A DNA stretch of 36,500 bases from Kipferlia bialata (taxonomy: Eukaryota), in the NCBI GenBank assembly GCA_003568945.1, contig BDIP01000046.1:1-36500 (forward strand), given 5' to 3'. Position numbers and translations under genes: made by a program. The notes below the pieces were generated by a model. It did no database searches and was not told the DNA's origin. It worked only from the letters and a program-made list of their open reading frames with translations. The stretch's first letter is position 1. Every line of letters starts with the position of its first letter. Below are positions 1 to 12,897 of the stretch, one piece after another.

Positions 1-698
1 CCCACACCCGCCGTATAGTATATGCGTATTGATACACAGTACACGTGGTAGATACTGCCTATCGATACCTGAAGCTGGGGACAAGAGGGTGACATGTGAG
101 TGTCAGCCAAGACAGAATTGGCAAAAACGTAGATTTCCAAAAGGGTGTAGGTTGCAACTTGTAGGTTACAACTTCAGGAACGGTCAAACGTCTACTCCGT
201 TGCTGTCTTGGTGTCTTTAGATCAAGACAATGTGAGATATACTGAATGAATATAGTGTCAGCAGATGAGTACTACCACACTCATATGGTTGTATCAGTAC
301 CACATATAAGCGTGTAGAAGGTGTATCTATCAGGATATGGTATGGGTGTGTGACTTGTGTCTGTGTGTGTACACACAGTGTGTATCAGGACAGGACCACA
401 TAGAATACTAGGCCTAGTAACACATCATTCCCACAGAACATTCAGTCATTTATGGGAGCATTCACAAGCAGAGATACTAGTATGAATACTACCCAACGAG
501 TAGCACGACGAGTGGAGCAAGACTCTCTATCTCTATCTCTTCCCCTATCACAAGACACCTGAGTGACCTGGTGTCAGATTATATATCATATACACTAACT
601 GTATATGGGGATAGGGCTCCATATGGACACTGGGGGTGACAGATGAGACATACACTCCCTATGACATGTCAATATACACATACACAGAGTATACCTGT

Positions 699-2390
699 CT
701 AATCCGGCCGTAGATAGGAGCATGTCTCTCTCTCACTCACTCTCTCCCTCTCTATCTCCCTCCCTCTCTCTCTCTCTCTCCGCTTCTCTCTCCCTGCAAG
801 CTGAGATGAGTTCTGACAGTATGAGTATACGTGTGGCGGAGAATACACACTGGGAAGGCTGTATACACTATATCTAGCCTTCCAAGTATATACAATGCAT
901 ATATAGAGATGTCTGTTCATCACGAGATTGACTGTAATGTGGTGTAATGTATTGCTTAATGGAATGAATATACATTATACATTGTATAGAAAAGAAGTAA
1001 ATATGTATATATAATATACCATATGGAGCTTAACGCGAATATCATTGTGAGAGCATATATACTTAGCCATTTAGCTGTGAACACATATCCATATATCTAT
1101 ACACAGTATGTAGAGAATACAGATAGACAGAGAGAGTGAATATATATAGAGTACATATATATAGTATATATTGATACACTACTGAGAATACATAGATTGT
1201 ACCATAGTACATATATGCCCTTGTGTATTGGTATACTAGAAGAATATACAGCTCCTCTTGATACATACTCAAATACACCTACATATATATATTGTATGAG
1301 TATGTATTTGAACCTACCATCGCCCTCAATGAACATGTGTAGGAAGTCCAGATCCTCCTGGGCCTCTAGGTTCTCTCTCCTCAGAGCACGAATCGTTCTT
1401 GCGTTACTGGCATTCCGCTATGGTGCCAGGGAGTGTATATAAAATACATATACTATATAAGTTTTAGTTATTGAATCATCTTATAAAGAGATCCTGTTTC
1501 AGTACCTCTGGTTCCAGGACTACACATGATACGCTATTGTTACATAAAACACTATTGAAATTCAATGCACTATAGTAATAGATTACACTATAGTATTATA
1601 GTAATATATTACAATTTCACACACTATAATACTACACACAAGGAATATGTTACCAACTAACTGTTCAGAACAGGACCTACACTGCCTACCATGTATACCA
1701 TGATGTTAAGTATATATATCTTTATATAACTACATACACAACACATACACATAAGATGTACATGAGTGATCTATATACCTGGATATTATATTATATATGT
1801 CGTCAGCACTTGCAAATAGAAGATCCGTTCCCCTGAGCTTGTCGGCCACTCTCTTCAGCCTCTGCGACTCCTCTATCACTCTATGTCTCTCCTCTCTCAG
1901 TGCGTCATACCTCTCTTCTGTCAGCAAACACAACCAGGTGCATATATAGCTGTGTATATATACATATTACACGACCAGGCATAATGACTGCGTGTTTACA
2001 CACAAGTATACAAGTAGATGGATGTGACTGTATTGAACTTGAATGTATATATATACGACATGTTTACGGTATGTGTACATCACGACTGACACTGTTGCAT
2101 ACAAATAGACTGTACAGAAAGAATTCTAGAGTATAAAGTCCACCACGTACATGGATGAATGCATATGCATGTCATGCCACAAACACAACTATTCACATAC
2201 ACTGTACAGGAGGGATATATTTACATATAGATAGATGTATATACATTAAACAGATAGATATTAGAAAATACATAGATGTATACATATTCTTTTATACATA
2301 CAAATATCTACTCTATATTAAACGGTGCTCTGTACGTGCTAGGGTATACGCACCTTAACACTGATGGTGGATGTCTATATAAATTGATAG

Positions 2391-2427
<37 letters not shown>

Positions 2428-3328
2428 TACAAATGTCTACATCACGCTCGTGTATAAGGATATACGTACCTTGACGCTGCTGCTGGGCACGGATCTCTCT
2501 CTTCAGCCTGGCATAATCAGTATTTCTAGAGACATACACACATTTGTACATCTTAGCACGAGCAAGAGTATTGTATACGGAGAAATATGACAAATAACTG
2601 TTGTATCTTATGTCAACAGTCAAGAGCACACACAAAAGGTATACCTCTCTCTCTCTGCATTGAGCTTGCAGCCCTCGAGCACCGACTCCAATAGTGCCCT
2701 GGGTGAGAGTGTCCATACATAGTGAGAGAGTACATATACGATTTGATACTACACCACATGTATACTAATTAGTACATATGATTGACATTATGATATACCG
2801 CGTGTTTTTTGGGTGAGGGTGACAGTAAAATGTGTGAATATAGTTAGTACATACATGAATACATATTAATATGCAATGTCAGTATTGTTTATATATGACT
2901 CTTAGTCAGTTGAGCTCTGTCTGTGAGTGTGAGTGACACAATATTGGGAATATACTCCATGAAGTATATGTATATATATATATATATATTAATATATATA
3001 CTATATGGGCAGTGTATGTAGTTTCAATATATAGCTTCCTAACCTAGTAGAGTGTGTCAATACTAGTACTGAAAGTACATACATGAATGCATATGCAATA
3101 TCAATACTGTTTATATAACTCTTTGTCAGTTGAGCTCTATCACAGCTACTGATCTGAAAGTGACACTATATATATATATATACTATATACATATACTATA
3201 TATAGTTTCATATGGTGTATTGGACTTCGCAAACTGTACGTATAGACTATACACTAAACATACTTGGAATATACTTCATGAAGTATATATACAGTATACA
3301 TAAATATATATACAGCATATGTATATAT

Positions 3329-3368
<40 letters not shown>

Positions 3369-3947
3369 ATTAATCAATATGTATATATATATAAAATAAT
3401 CAATATATATATATATCTTTATATATATATATATATATGTAATATGGGCAGTGTATGCATCAGGGCATCAATGCCACGAAAGAGAGGGTGTATATACGTA
3501 TGTATGTAGTGTCAATGTATGGATACCTGATGTCAGGGCGTACCTCGCCCTCTCTCTCTCTCTCTCCCCCCTCCCTCTCAACCTCTGTTCCATGCTCAAA
3601 TAGGCCATACTTGGAGTGAATTGCCTCTCTCTCTCTCTCTGTGCACATGGAGTAGCTGTAATGAGTCGCAAATACACACGTATAGTATATATGTAGTTAT
3701 ATATAGATAGATATATATAGATAGATATAGATATATATAGATATACAGTACAATAGTACAGTGGGTACCTGCAGCTGACAATGTATACCTATACATACAC
3801 ACAAATATATCAAATATATATCAATACATATAGTCCTATTGTGTATACACACATAGAGAGAGAGAGAGATAGATACCTGCCTCATCTAACTATCGCATCT
3901 AACTATGGCTTATTGTAAATATATACATATAGTCTAATTGTATATAC

Positions 3948-3984
<37 letters not shown>

Positions 3985-4620
3985 CCTGACTCTGATGCCA
4001 TCCAGTGCCTGCTCCAGCAATATGAGACATAGTCAGATATGCAATGTCTCATTGTATACATATACAAACACACACACACACATATATACATATATATAGT
4101 CTCTATATATATATGCATAGAGAGAGATACCTGACTCTGATGCCATCCAGTGCCTGCTCCAGCAAGGCCTCTCTCTCTCTGTCCTCTCTCTCCCTCTGTG
4201 TCTCCTCTGATACACTATCTCTCTCCCTCTCCTCCACTGGAGTCTGGTGGTTCTGGCCAGGCTCAGATGGCTCTGAGGTTACAAAAACCATCCATAAGAT
4301 GAACAATAATAGATACCATGTACCATAATTGTATATACATATATATATATGTATAAATGTCATAGGGGTCTGGTGGTTCTGGCCAGAGTCTGTGGGGTCT
4401 GAGGTTAGGATGTGTATACACACAAACACACACACACACACACATATACATATATATATATATATACTGAGGGAGAATGTCTGTTCTGGTCAGGCCCAGA
4501 GGGATCTGAGAGTGAGGTGGCGAGAGAGAGAGAGAAACAGAGAGAGAGAGAGAGTACATATATTCTACTATACAGGTATATTAATAGGTTCTACCCTTCT
4601 TTAGAGGGATCTGAGAGAGA
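699..4620 (-). CDS. Multi-exon hypothetical coiled-coil / Glu-Arg-rich protein (exon chain only partly resolved; 5' part may run into the gap)
   Basis: GC-rich minus-strand islands bounded by AG/GT. Approximate exons: 4131-4273 (EPSEPGQNHQTPVEERERDSV..ALLEQALDGIRV), 3544-3655, 2646-2698 (ALLESVLEGCKLNAERER), 2470-2507 (LKREIRAQQQRQ), 1779-1916 (EERYDALREERHRVIEESQRLKRVADKL), 1318-1417 (RNASNARTIRALRRENLEAQEDLDFLHMF), terminal 699-793. Not every junction phase could be reconciled. Confidence 0.5.
2845..3458. repeat. Diverged tandem duplication of AT-rich intronic sequence with expanded (AT)n microsatellites
   Basis: Blocks GTACATACATGAAT..GTCAGTTGAGCTCT (about 2847 and 3074), GGAATATACTYCATGAAGTATAT (about 2947 and 3266) and TATGGGCAGTGTATG (about 3004 and 3443) each occur twice in the same order. 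Long (AT)n at 3340-3440. Confidence 0.8.
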
Positions 4621-4993
4621 GAGGGGGGTGAGAGAGAGAGGGAGGGGTGTGAGAGAGAGTAGGGGGTACAGGACACTAACGTATGCCCCAAGACTTCGAG
4701 GGGTTAGGGTGTGTATCATTATACACACACACACGTACGTATACATACTATATAGGTATCGGCATGGATAGGTACAGATGTCTGGGTGTCAGTATTAAAT
4801 ACATACATCAAGAGAGAGAGAGAGAGAGAAAGAGTGGTACTGAGGTACCTGGGGGTCAGCATTAGATAGTAATATAAGATACATAGGCAATAGTATATAT
4901 ACATTCATACTCTAACGTTGAGCCAGAGAGGGGTCTGCGCATCACTCTCTGGTACGCAATTATAGTACATACTATACACAATACATACACCAA

Positions 4994-5025
<32 letters not shown>

Positions 5026-5117
5026 TCGGACAGAATGCAGGAGGGCTAAGGGTGAGAGGGAGAGGGGGCAGGAGGGTGGGGGGGGGGTGCTACATCTAGT
5101 GTGAGGAAGTAGGAGGA

Positions 5118-5480
5118 NNNNNNNNNNNNNNNNNNNNNNNNNNNNNNNNNNNNNNNNNNNNNNNNNNNNNNNNNNNNNNNNNNNNNNNNNNNNNNNNNNN
5201 NNNNNNNNNNNNNNNNNNNNNNNNNNNNNNNNNNNNNNNNNNNNNNNNNNNNNNNNNNNNNNNNNNNNNNNNNNNNNNNNNNNNNNNNNNNNNNNNNNNN
5301 NNNNNNNNNNNNNNNNNNNNNNNNNNNNNNNNNNNNNNNNNNNNNNNNNNNNNNNNNNNNNNNNNNNNNNNNNNNNNNNNNNNNNNNNNNNNNNNNNNNN
5401 NNNNNNNNNNNNNNNNNNNNNNNNNNNNNNNNNNNNNNNNNNNNNNNNNNNNNNNNNNNNNNNNNNNNNNNNNNNNNNNN
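5118..5480. other. Assembly gap (N run) flanked by a G-run on the left and a C-run on the right
   Basis: 363 Ns, with G tract at about 5073-5087 and C tract at about 5492-5523. Confidence 0.99.
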
Positions 5481-5525
5481 GATCCTTGTTTCCCCCCAAC
5501 CCCCCCCCCCCCCCCCTGACCCCAG

Positions 5526-8500
5526 GCTGTCTGGCAGGGCCATGACCCCGCTGCAGAGGGAGAGCGTGGATGCTGCTGAGGGTGCCCTGTCTGTAAGGGA
5601 TGCCACCATAGAGCAGCTGGAGAGAGAGAGAGACATGCTGGCAGAGGCCCTGAGGGAGAGAGAGAGAGAGGCAGTCAGCGAGGAGGAGGTGTCCCTGGCC
5701 AGAGAGAGTGCGGCACACGCCAGACAGACAGCAAGGCTGTTCCAGGAGGTGGGTAGATGCATGGATACTGTATAATGTGTCATCCTCTTATGTAGTGAGA
5801 GAGCACACCCCTCACGCCAGCGACTGGACGAGGCCGAGGGTGCCCTAGGGGAGGCCCAGGCCATGGTGAGGGACTGTCAGCAGGAGAGGGACAGGGGGAG
5901 ACAGGCCATAGAGGCCAACACATCCCTCGAGGTAGGAGTGGCAGGGTTCAATCCCTACTATTATATATTGATTAGTGCAAGTGTATCCTACTCCTACCCC
6001 CCAGGCCGAGCTGGCTGTGTTGAGGCCCCTGGCAGACCAGGCACGGGAGATGCAGGTACCCACACATGTGGATATACGTGTGGTTATACATACGGTATAT
6101 TGGTGTGTTGTGTCACATACTGTACATCGTCCCGTGACAGTTTGGTTGTGTTGTTTGCATATCACATTACTAATGATGCACCCTACCTGTCACCCTCTGA
6201 CCTGCAGGTTGAGGTTGGCACCACCCGTGAGAGGCTGGCTGTCCTACAGACTGAGGCCCAAGAGCTGAGGGCATCCCTCGGGGAGGCCCAGGACACCCTA
6301 GCCCAAGAGAGGCAGACACTCTCTACCATGGTGGACAGACAGGAGCTGGCCAGGGTGGAGGAGACCCTGCAGGAGACACAGGTCAGGGGCAGTGGAAGAT
6401 GGGCTGGGGGGGGGGGGATGGTGAATTGTACAGTGATAAGAGAGTGTGGCGTTGTATATTAGTTTCTTCTCTTAGATGTATCCCCCTGACCCCAGGGCCG
6501 GGGCCTGTCTCTGTCCACCTCCCTGTCCACTGCCCAGGCCCAGGTGGTTTCTCTCTCCTCGTCTCTCCAGAGGGCAGAGGAGAGGGCCACGGAGCTGGGG
6601 GCCAGGGAGGCGGCACTGGCCACCGAGCTCAGTGAGCAGAGAGAGAGTGCAGGCGAGACGGGGCTCCGGTTGTCTGAGGCCCAGGCCCAGGTGTGTGTGT
6701 GTCTCTCTCTCTATATATATATCCATATATGTCTACTATATATGCCATTCTCCCCTGTATCGTGTCAGACCCATCTGTATATATATATATGTATACACTC
6801 ATACTGTTTGCCAGTACCGATCTGCCCCCCATACCCCCCCCACCTCACCCTAGGTGCTGGCCCTGAGGGACTCTCTGGATGACACCAGGGAGAGACTGAG
6901 GGCAGCAACCCAGGAGGCCACAGACCTCAGGTGAGAGATGCATCGTAAGTATATACATATAGTTGTGCAGTGTTTGTTCATGTAGTTGATAATTGCATCA
7001 TTCTGATTCCGTACTCTCCATATGAGCCCTGGCATGTTGTTTATAACGTACACAACCATTTCTACAATCCTCTCATGTGTAGGGAGCGTCTTGGCACTGC
7101 TACCACGTCCCTTGCCTCCATTGAGGCGTCTGCCCAGGCTGCCAGGGAGACAATGGCGGCAGAGAGGGAGAGAGCCGAGAGGGACGTGCAGAGACTGACT
7201 GAGCAGCTGGCAGAGGCAACTCAGCAGGTGTGGACCCATGCACTATTACTATATGTCTTTGGTTGCATCCTAAGTCCCTCCCCCCCCCCTACCACCCCAG
7301 GTCGCCACCCTGCAGGCTGCCCTATCCGATGCCAAGTTCCAGCTGGCAGTGCAGGCCGACAGACAGACAGACGAGGACGGGAGGGAGAGGGAGAGAGAGA
7401 TGTCAGGGTCTGAGCTGCGTGGTCGCCTTGCCGAGGCCGAGACGGGGTGGAGGCAGGGGAAGCACCAGGTGGGGGTGGGAGTAGTGTGTCCTGCATACAT
7501 ATCCTATATATATATATACCCTCTGTGACTGACGTGCCAGGTTGCCGATCTCGAGGTGGCCCTGGCCAAGGCCGAGAGAGAGAGGGACGACGCCCTCGAG
7601 GCCTGTGCCCGGGACAGGGACAGGATGCAGCAGCTGGATGCTGATGTGCAGGCCGTGACTGTGCTGCACAGAGAGGCCACTGCGTCTCTGGCCACATGCA
7701 CCCAGAGGGCAGAGGGCCTGGAGGCCTCGGCAGAGAGGGCCGAGGAGCGGTGCGCAGACATCCAGACACGGGCCCAGGAGACAGAGGCTGCCCTTAGAGC
7801 AGAGGTCCAGGCCCAGACAGAGAGACTGGCAGAGGCCACAGGCAGGTGTGGGGAGCTGGATACATACGCCCGGGCTGTGTATGCCGAGTACCTCGAGGTG
7901 AGTGTTGCCTTTGAGAAGCTGCAGGCACGGGTGCAGGAGCTGGAGGGTAGACAGGTCGACGAGGCCACCACGCAGCAGCTCAGCTCTCTGTCGTCCCAGA
8001 TCGATGCCCTCAACGTAGAGCTGCAGGAGAGAGAGAGAGAGAAGGAGCAGAGCACGCTGCAGGCCGAGGATGCCGATGCCCTGAGGAGACATGCCGCAGA
8101 GGTCACAGCTCGGTACGATGCGGCAGAGCAGGAGCTGGGCGAGGCCAGGCAGACGCTGCTGAGGTGAGGATGGGTGGGAGACTGATATGTGTGCATACTT
8201 GCGTGTGTGTGTTTGTTTCATACATAAGTATATTACCTTACCTTCCATGTGTTTATGTGTCATTATTCCTGTCTGTATGTGTACCCGACCCCAGGCTGAA
8301 GGACGAGCTGCGGGATGTGCTGGCAGAGAGAGACGCCCAGACCGACACGGCCCAGGCCCTGTCTGCCCAGGCCCAGACCCTGTCGGCTGACGTGGCCTGT
8401 GCCCGTGCCGCCCTGGCCTCTGTGGCTGAGGCCCTGTCCCCCACTCCCTATGCACCCAGTGCCAGTGGGGACAAGGCAGATGCAGATGCAGACCGGTGGG

Positions 8501-10311
8501 GCAGTGTGGTGGAGGGGGTCACCAGGGCAGTCGCAGACGCAGTCAGGGTGCCAGGGCTGGAGCAGGTATCTATGCACAGGCTGCTGCAGGGGCATATCTT
8601 TCTATGCATATCTATATGAGTGATTCCTTATGCCAGGACAGGGACAGGCTGCTGCAGGAGCTGCAGGGCGAGGCCGAGGCTGCGTCGCAGGCCATGGCGG
8701 AGCTGACCAGGCTGGACCAGGAGAGGCAGAGCCTGACAGGAGAGGTGGAGGAGGGCGGCAGGCAGAGACAGAGTCTGCAGGGCGAGGTGGAGGCCCTGGC
8801 GCAGCGGGAGAGGCAGTGCCGCAGACAGGTGCAGGACCTGGAGGCGGAGGTTGAGAGGGGCAGGGTGGGGTGCACACAGGCCCTGCAGCGGGTGTCGGCC
8901 CTGGAGGCCTCTGAGGCAGAGCTGCAGAGTGGTCTGGCAGCCACAGCTAGACAGGTACGGGGTGGATACATTTTCTTTTCTGCTCTCTCTACCCCCCACC
9001 CTTCCCCTAACCCGGCAGAGGGACGAGCTGACCAGAGAGCTGGAGGCGGTGTCTGAGAGGCTGGTGCAGGCCCTGGAGTCCTCGGATATGGTGCAGCAAG
9101 TCAGGTAGATGGCTGTGTCATGTATATGCCGCCACCCATACCTCAGGATGGGGTTTGATATAGTACTCCAGATACTGGATATATATGTATTGTGTCGTTG
9201 TGTTGCCGTATTCCTCGCCCCCCTCCCTTACCTTAGGGCCCGCAATGCCACTCTAGAGGCCAGACTGAGTGCCGCCGAGAACAGCCTGAGGGCGGCAGTG
9301 GACACAGCCCAGGGCACGGCCAGTGAGCTAGGTAAGGGGGAGTAATAATGTAATGATAGGCTTCCTAGTCCACAGGTCCTTTGAATAACATCAGATGCAT
9401 GGGTCATAAATATACATTGTATACATAAATATACATCTATATTCTCGCATACTCTGACCTGTTAGGTGGTCTGCGTCACCGCCTTGCTGTTGCCGAGGCC
9501 AAGTCGCTGGCCTCTGCGTCTGGTCAGTCAGACTCGGAGGCGGCACACAAGGAGATGGAGCGGGAGAGAGAGGCCCTGACCGCCCGGGCCCTGTCTGCCG
9601 AGCAGAGGCTGAGGGAGCAGGAGGAGGGCACAAAGAGGGTCACAGATCAGCTCCAGGTATGGGTATCCTCACATGACGTGACATGATATGTGACTTGTTG
9701 GTGAAAATCTACAAGAGTAAGAATGTCGCATGTGTATACCCAACATCAATGACCCCCCCTAACCCTGTCAGGTGATGCTTGAGGCGGCCACCAGCCAGCT
9801 GCAGGTGCGTACCGATGACCTCGCCCACCAGTCTGCTAGGGTACAGTCTCTTGAGGCAGAGATGGCCAGCCACCCCCCTCTCGAGGAGGTCCAGGCACTG
9901 AGGGAGAAGGAGCGGGCCTGTGCCGCTGAGGTAGCCGCCCTCAGGGAGGGCCTGGCCTCCACCACCAGCCTGGTCAGTGATGACCTCACCCGGCTCAGGG
10001 GCGCCATCGAGCAGGGGGAGAGAGAGGTCGAGGAGTACGGGGCTGACATCGAGGCCACAGCCACGGGTCTACAGGAGGTGCGAGGGGGTTACCCTATGTA
10101 TATGTTCATATGTCTTTCCGATACGCATCATGTTCTATCATTGACTCTTCCATTGTAGCCTATTCTCACTCAGGTTCGATCCCTCCTGGCCGCTCTGGCA
10201 GAAGACCTTGACCACGAGACCCTGGGGGACCCCGACTCGGTGGCCAGGGTTGGGGCAGGGACTGCCCACGCTCTGCTGGCACTCTCGAGGGACTACCAGG
10301 AGACCCAGTGA
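5526..10311 (+). CDS. Large coiled-coil protein, 5' partial, 16 visible exons, about 1050 aa (cytoskeletal/basal-body/golgin-like; family not assignable)
   Basis: Phase-consistent GT-AG exon chain: 5526-5748, 5821-5931, 6005-6055, 6208-6381, 6496-6690, 6854-6930, 7083-7227, 7301-7468, 7541-8163, 8295-8565, 8637-8954, 9019-9104, 9237-9331, 9466-9656, 9772-10077, 10174-10311 (TGA). A/E/R/L/Q-rich heptad sequence throughout. Confidence 0.85.
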
Positions 10312-10628
10312 GTGATGTGAGGGGTTGTATAAATATGTGTGTCCTTTAATGACACTTGCAGTGTATATATATACTGTGTGTGTGTTTTGCTCCTTTATGA
10401 GTTGCTTCCGACATAGGAAGTACTATGTGGTTCGGTAGAATACAATATAGGACTGAGCATAAGGCCAAGGCCGAAAGTCTCACGATGAGGTTACCAAATG
10501 TGGTGTATCACTTGACTTCATCGAGTAGAATGAAGGCCACACACAGTGTGTGTAGACCTATCACCTACAACAATTCTGTGTGAGGTCGAAATACTGGGTC
10601 TATTGAATCACTACATATACACTATTAG

Positions 10629-10871
10629 CTAATATACGGTATCTCCATACTTATCACGACGCTCCTGTGAGGTCAGAGGTCTGTCCTCATCCTCATTGTC
10701 ATCCTCCTCCTCTGACAGTATTGGGACAGTGTCAGTATCAGGAACTTGCTTCCTCTTGGCTTTGGGGACATATGCCTTCCTCGTGCTCTCCGTCTGAGCA
10801 CACTGCCTACAACAGCATTGACCTCGGGAAAGGATGGCTATAGGTTCGTTGCATCGCTCTCTCACGCACAA
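10629..10871 (-). CDS. Possible small protein with basic and acidic tracts, divergent from ABCE1
   Basis: ORF with protein-like segment TESTRKAYVPKAKRKQVPDTDTVPILSEEEDDNEDEDRPLTSQERRDKYG; no in-frame ATG. Confidence 0.3.
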   Translation of the reverse strand: MCVRERCNEPIAILSRGQCCCRQCAQTESTRKAYVPKAKRKQVPDTDTVPILSEEEDDNEDEDRPLTSQERRDKYGDTVY

Positions 10872-10955
10872 TGATGGACCCTTTCTTGTTTTTTAAATAG
10901 TTTGAATCCCTGCTCAGGCCTGAGTCAGGTCCTTCTTCGACGCTGCCGATCGATT

Positions 10956-12897
10956 ATGGCACGTTCCAAGACTGTGAAGGATGAGGGGACCACAAGGTTC
11001 GGTATTACAGTATTTTTACAGTTTCCATTGCTTACATATGTGAGTATTTGAGTGTAACGGGGTTGTGACACATCTAACTCTTAGGATTGCCTTTGTGAAC
11101 CCAGACAGGTGCAGGCCCAAGAAGTGTCAGCTTGAGTGCAAGGTTTACTGTCCCGTGAACCGTATGGGAAAGAGGTGTATTGAGGTTAAGAGCACCAGCA
11201 AGAACACACGCATCTCTGAGAGCCTCTGTAACGGATGCGGTATCTGCATCAAGAAGTGCCCATTCAAGGCCATTGACATCATCAACCTCCCCAAGGCTCT
11301 GGACTCTGTGACTGCTCACCGTTACGGCCCCAACGCCTTCAAGCTGCACCGCCTGCCCATCCCGAGACCCGGTCAGGTGCTGGGACTTGTCGGTATCAAC
11401 GGTATCGGAAAGACCACTGCTCTCAACATCCTTGCTGGCACTGTGAAGCCCAACCTGGGCAGGTTCACTGATCAGCCCGGCTGGGATGAGATCCTCCGTT
11501 TCTACAGAGGCTCTGAGCTCCAGAACTACTTCCAGGCCCTGCTCAATGGAGAGGTCACAGCCATCCGCAAGATCCAGTACGTTGACTCTGTGCAGGCTGC
11601 TGTGAAGGGCAAGGTGGCCAAGCACCTGGCCAAGAAGAACCAGAACGGCCGCATGGAGGAGCTGATTGACTCTCTGGAGCTGAGGCACCTGCTGGACCGC
11701 AAGCTGTCCCAGCTATCTGGAGGAGAGCTGCAGCGGTTCATGCTCTGTTTCGTGGCTATCCAGGAGGCCTCTGTGTTCATGATTGACGAGCCCTCTTCCT
11801 ACCTTGATGTGAAGCAGAGGCTGGTGGCCGGTAGGGTCATCAGGTCCCTGGTGGAGCGTGGAGAGTCTGACAAGGACAGGTACTGCATCTGTGTGGAGCA
11901 CGACCTCGCCATCCTGGACTACCTCTCCGACTACGTGTGCTGTCTGTACGGAGTGCCCGGTGCCTATGGAGTGGTGAGTGCCCCCTTCTCCGTCAGGGAG
12001 GGCATCAACATCTTCCTGGCAGGTGTCATCCCTACTGAGAACATGCGCTTCAGAGAGCACGCCATCTCCTTCAAGATATCCGAGGTGGAGGACGAGGAGA
12101 CCGACAAGCGCAAGATGCGCCGCTACTCCTACCCCGCCATGTCGTGCAAGAGAGGCGACTTCACCCTGCACGTGGAGAGCGGAGAGTTCACCGACTCTGA
12201 GATTGTGGTGCTGCTGGGTGAGAACGGCGTGGGCAAGACCACCTTCATCAAGATGCTGGCCGGTGCCATCAAGCCCACCGAGGAGGGCGTCAAGGTGCCC
12301 GAGATGTCCATCTCCTACAAGCCCCAGGCCATCTCCCCCTCCTTCGACGGCACCGTGGAGATGCTGCTCAGGACCAAGCTGCGCACTGCCTACGTCCACC
12401 CCCAGTTCCAGCAGGACGTCATGAAGCCCCTCAACATGGAGCCCCTCATGGACAGAATCGTCAAGAACCTGTCCGGAGGAGAGATCCAGCGTGTGGCCAT
12501 CGCCCTTGCTCTCGGCAAGCCAGCCGACGTGTACCTGCTGGATGAGCCCTCTGCCTACCTGGATGCCGAGCAGAGGCTGGTCACGGCCAAGATCATCAAG
12601 CGCTACCTCATGAACACCAAGAAGACCGGCTTCATCGTCGAGCACGATTTCCTGATGGCCATCTACCTTGCCGATAGGGTTGTGGTGTACTCTGGCCAGC
12701 CAGGCATTGAGTGCACAGCCCACAGGCCAGTGGGCTTCCTGGACGGCGTCAACCACTTCCTGCAGTCCATCGACGTCACCTTCAGAAGGGACCCCGAGAA
12801 CTTCCGCCCCCGCATCAACAAGCACCTGTCCGTCAAGGATAGGCTGCAGAAGCAGAGGGGCGCATTCTTCACCGACTTCGATCTGCAGGACGAGTAG
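10956..12897 (+). CDS. ABCE1: ABCE1/RLI1 ribosome-recycling Fe-S ABC ATPase, 617 aa, 2 exons
   Basis: Exon 1 10956-10996 ([13 protein letters not shown]), intron 10997-11084 (GT..CTAACTCTTAG), exon 2 11085-12897. Two 4Fe-4S Cys clusters ([27 protein letters not shown]), Walker A motifs GINGIGKT and [13 protein letters not shown] signatures, DEPS, C-terminal [14 protein letters not shown]. Confidence 0.98.

Noticed and set aside
69..95. Possible first exon MSPSCPQLQ|GT on the minus strand
   Set aside because: Too short and at the window edge; cannot be supported.
4238..4510. Spaced repeats as a CRISPR-like array
   Set aside because: Few, diverged copies coinciding with splice acceptors in a eukaryotic gene; no cas genes.
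1063..4904. Many short Y/I/C/V-rich ORFs
   Set aside because: Translations of (AT)n/(CA)n/(GA)n intronic microsatellites.
4972..5864. ORFs running through the N gap
   Set aside because: Artefacts of Ns translated as X.
11065..11084. ORF-track start of ABCE1 (GTG, MTHLTL)
   Set aside because: Lies inside the first intron; the real ATG is at 10956.
11713..12825. Long antisense ORFs (also 13772-14929, 15592-17172, 22284-23414, 7403-8455)
   Set aside because: Shadows of real genes caused by high GC3; no recognisable motifs.
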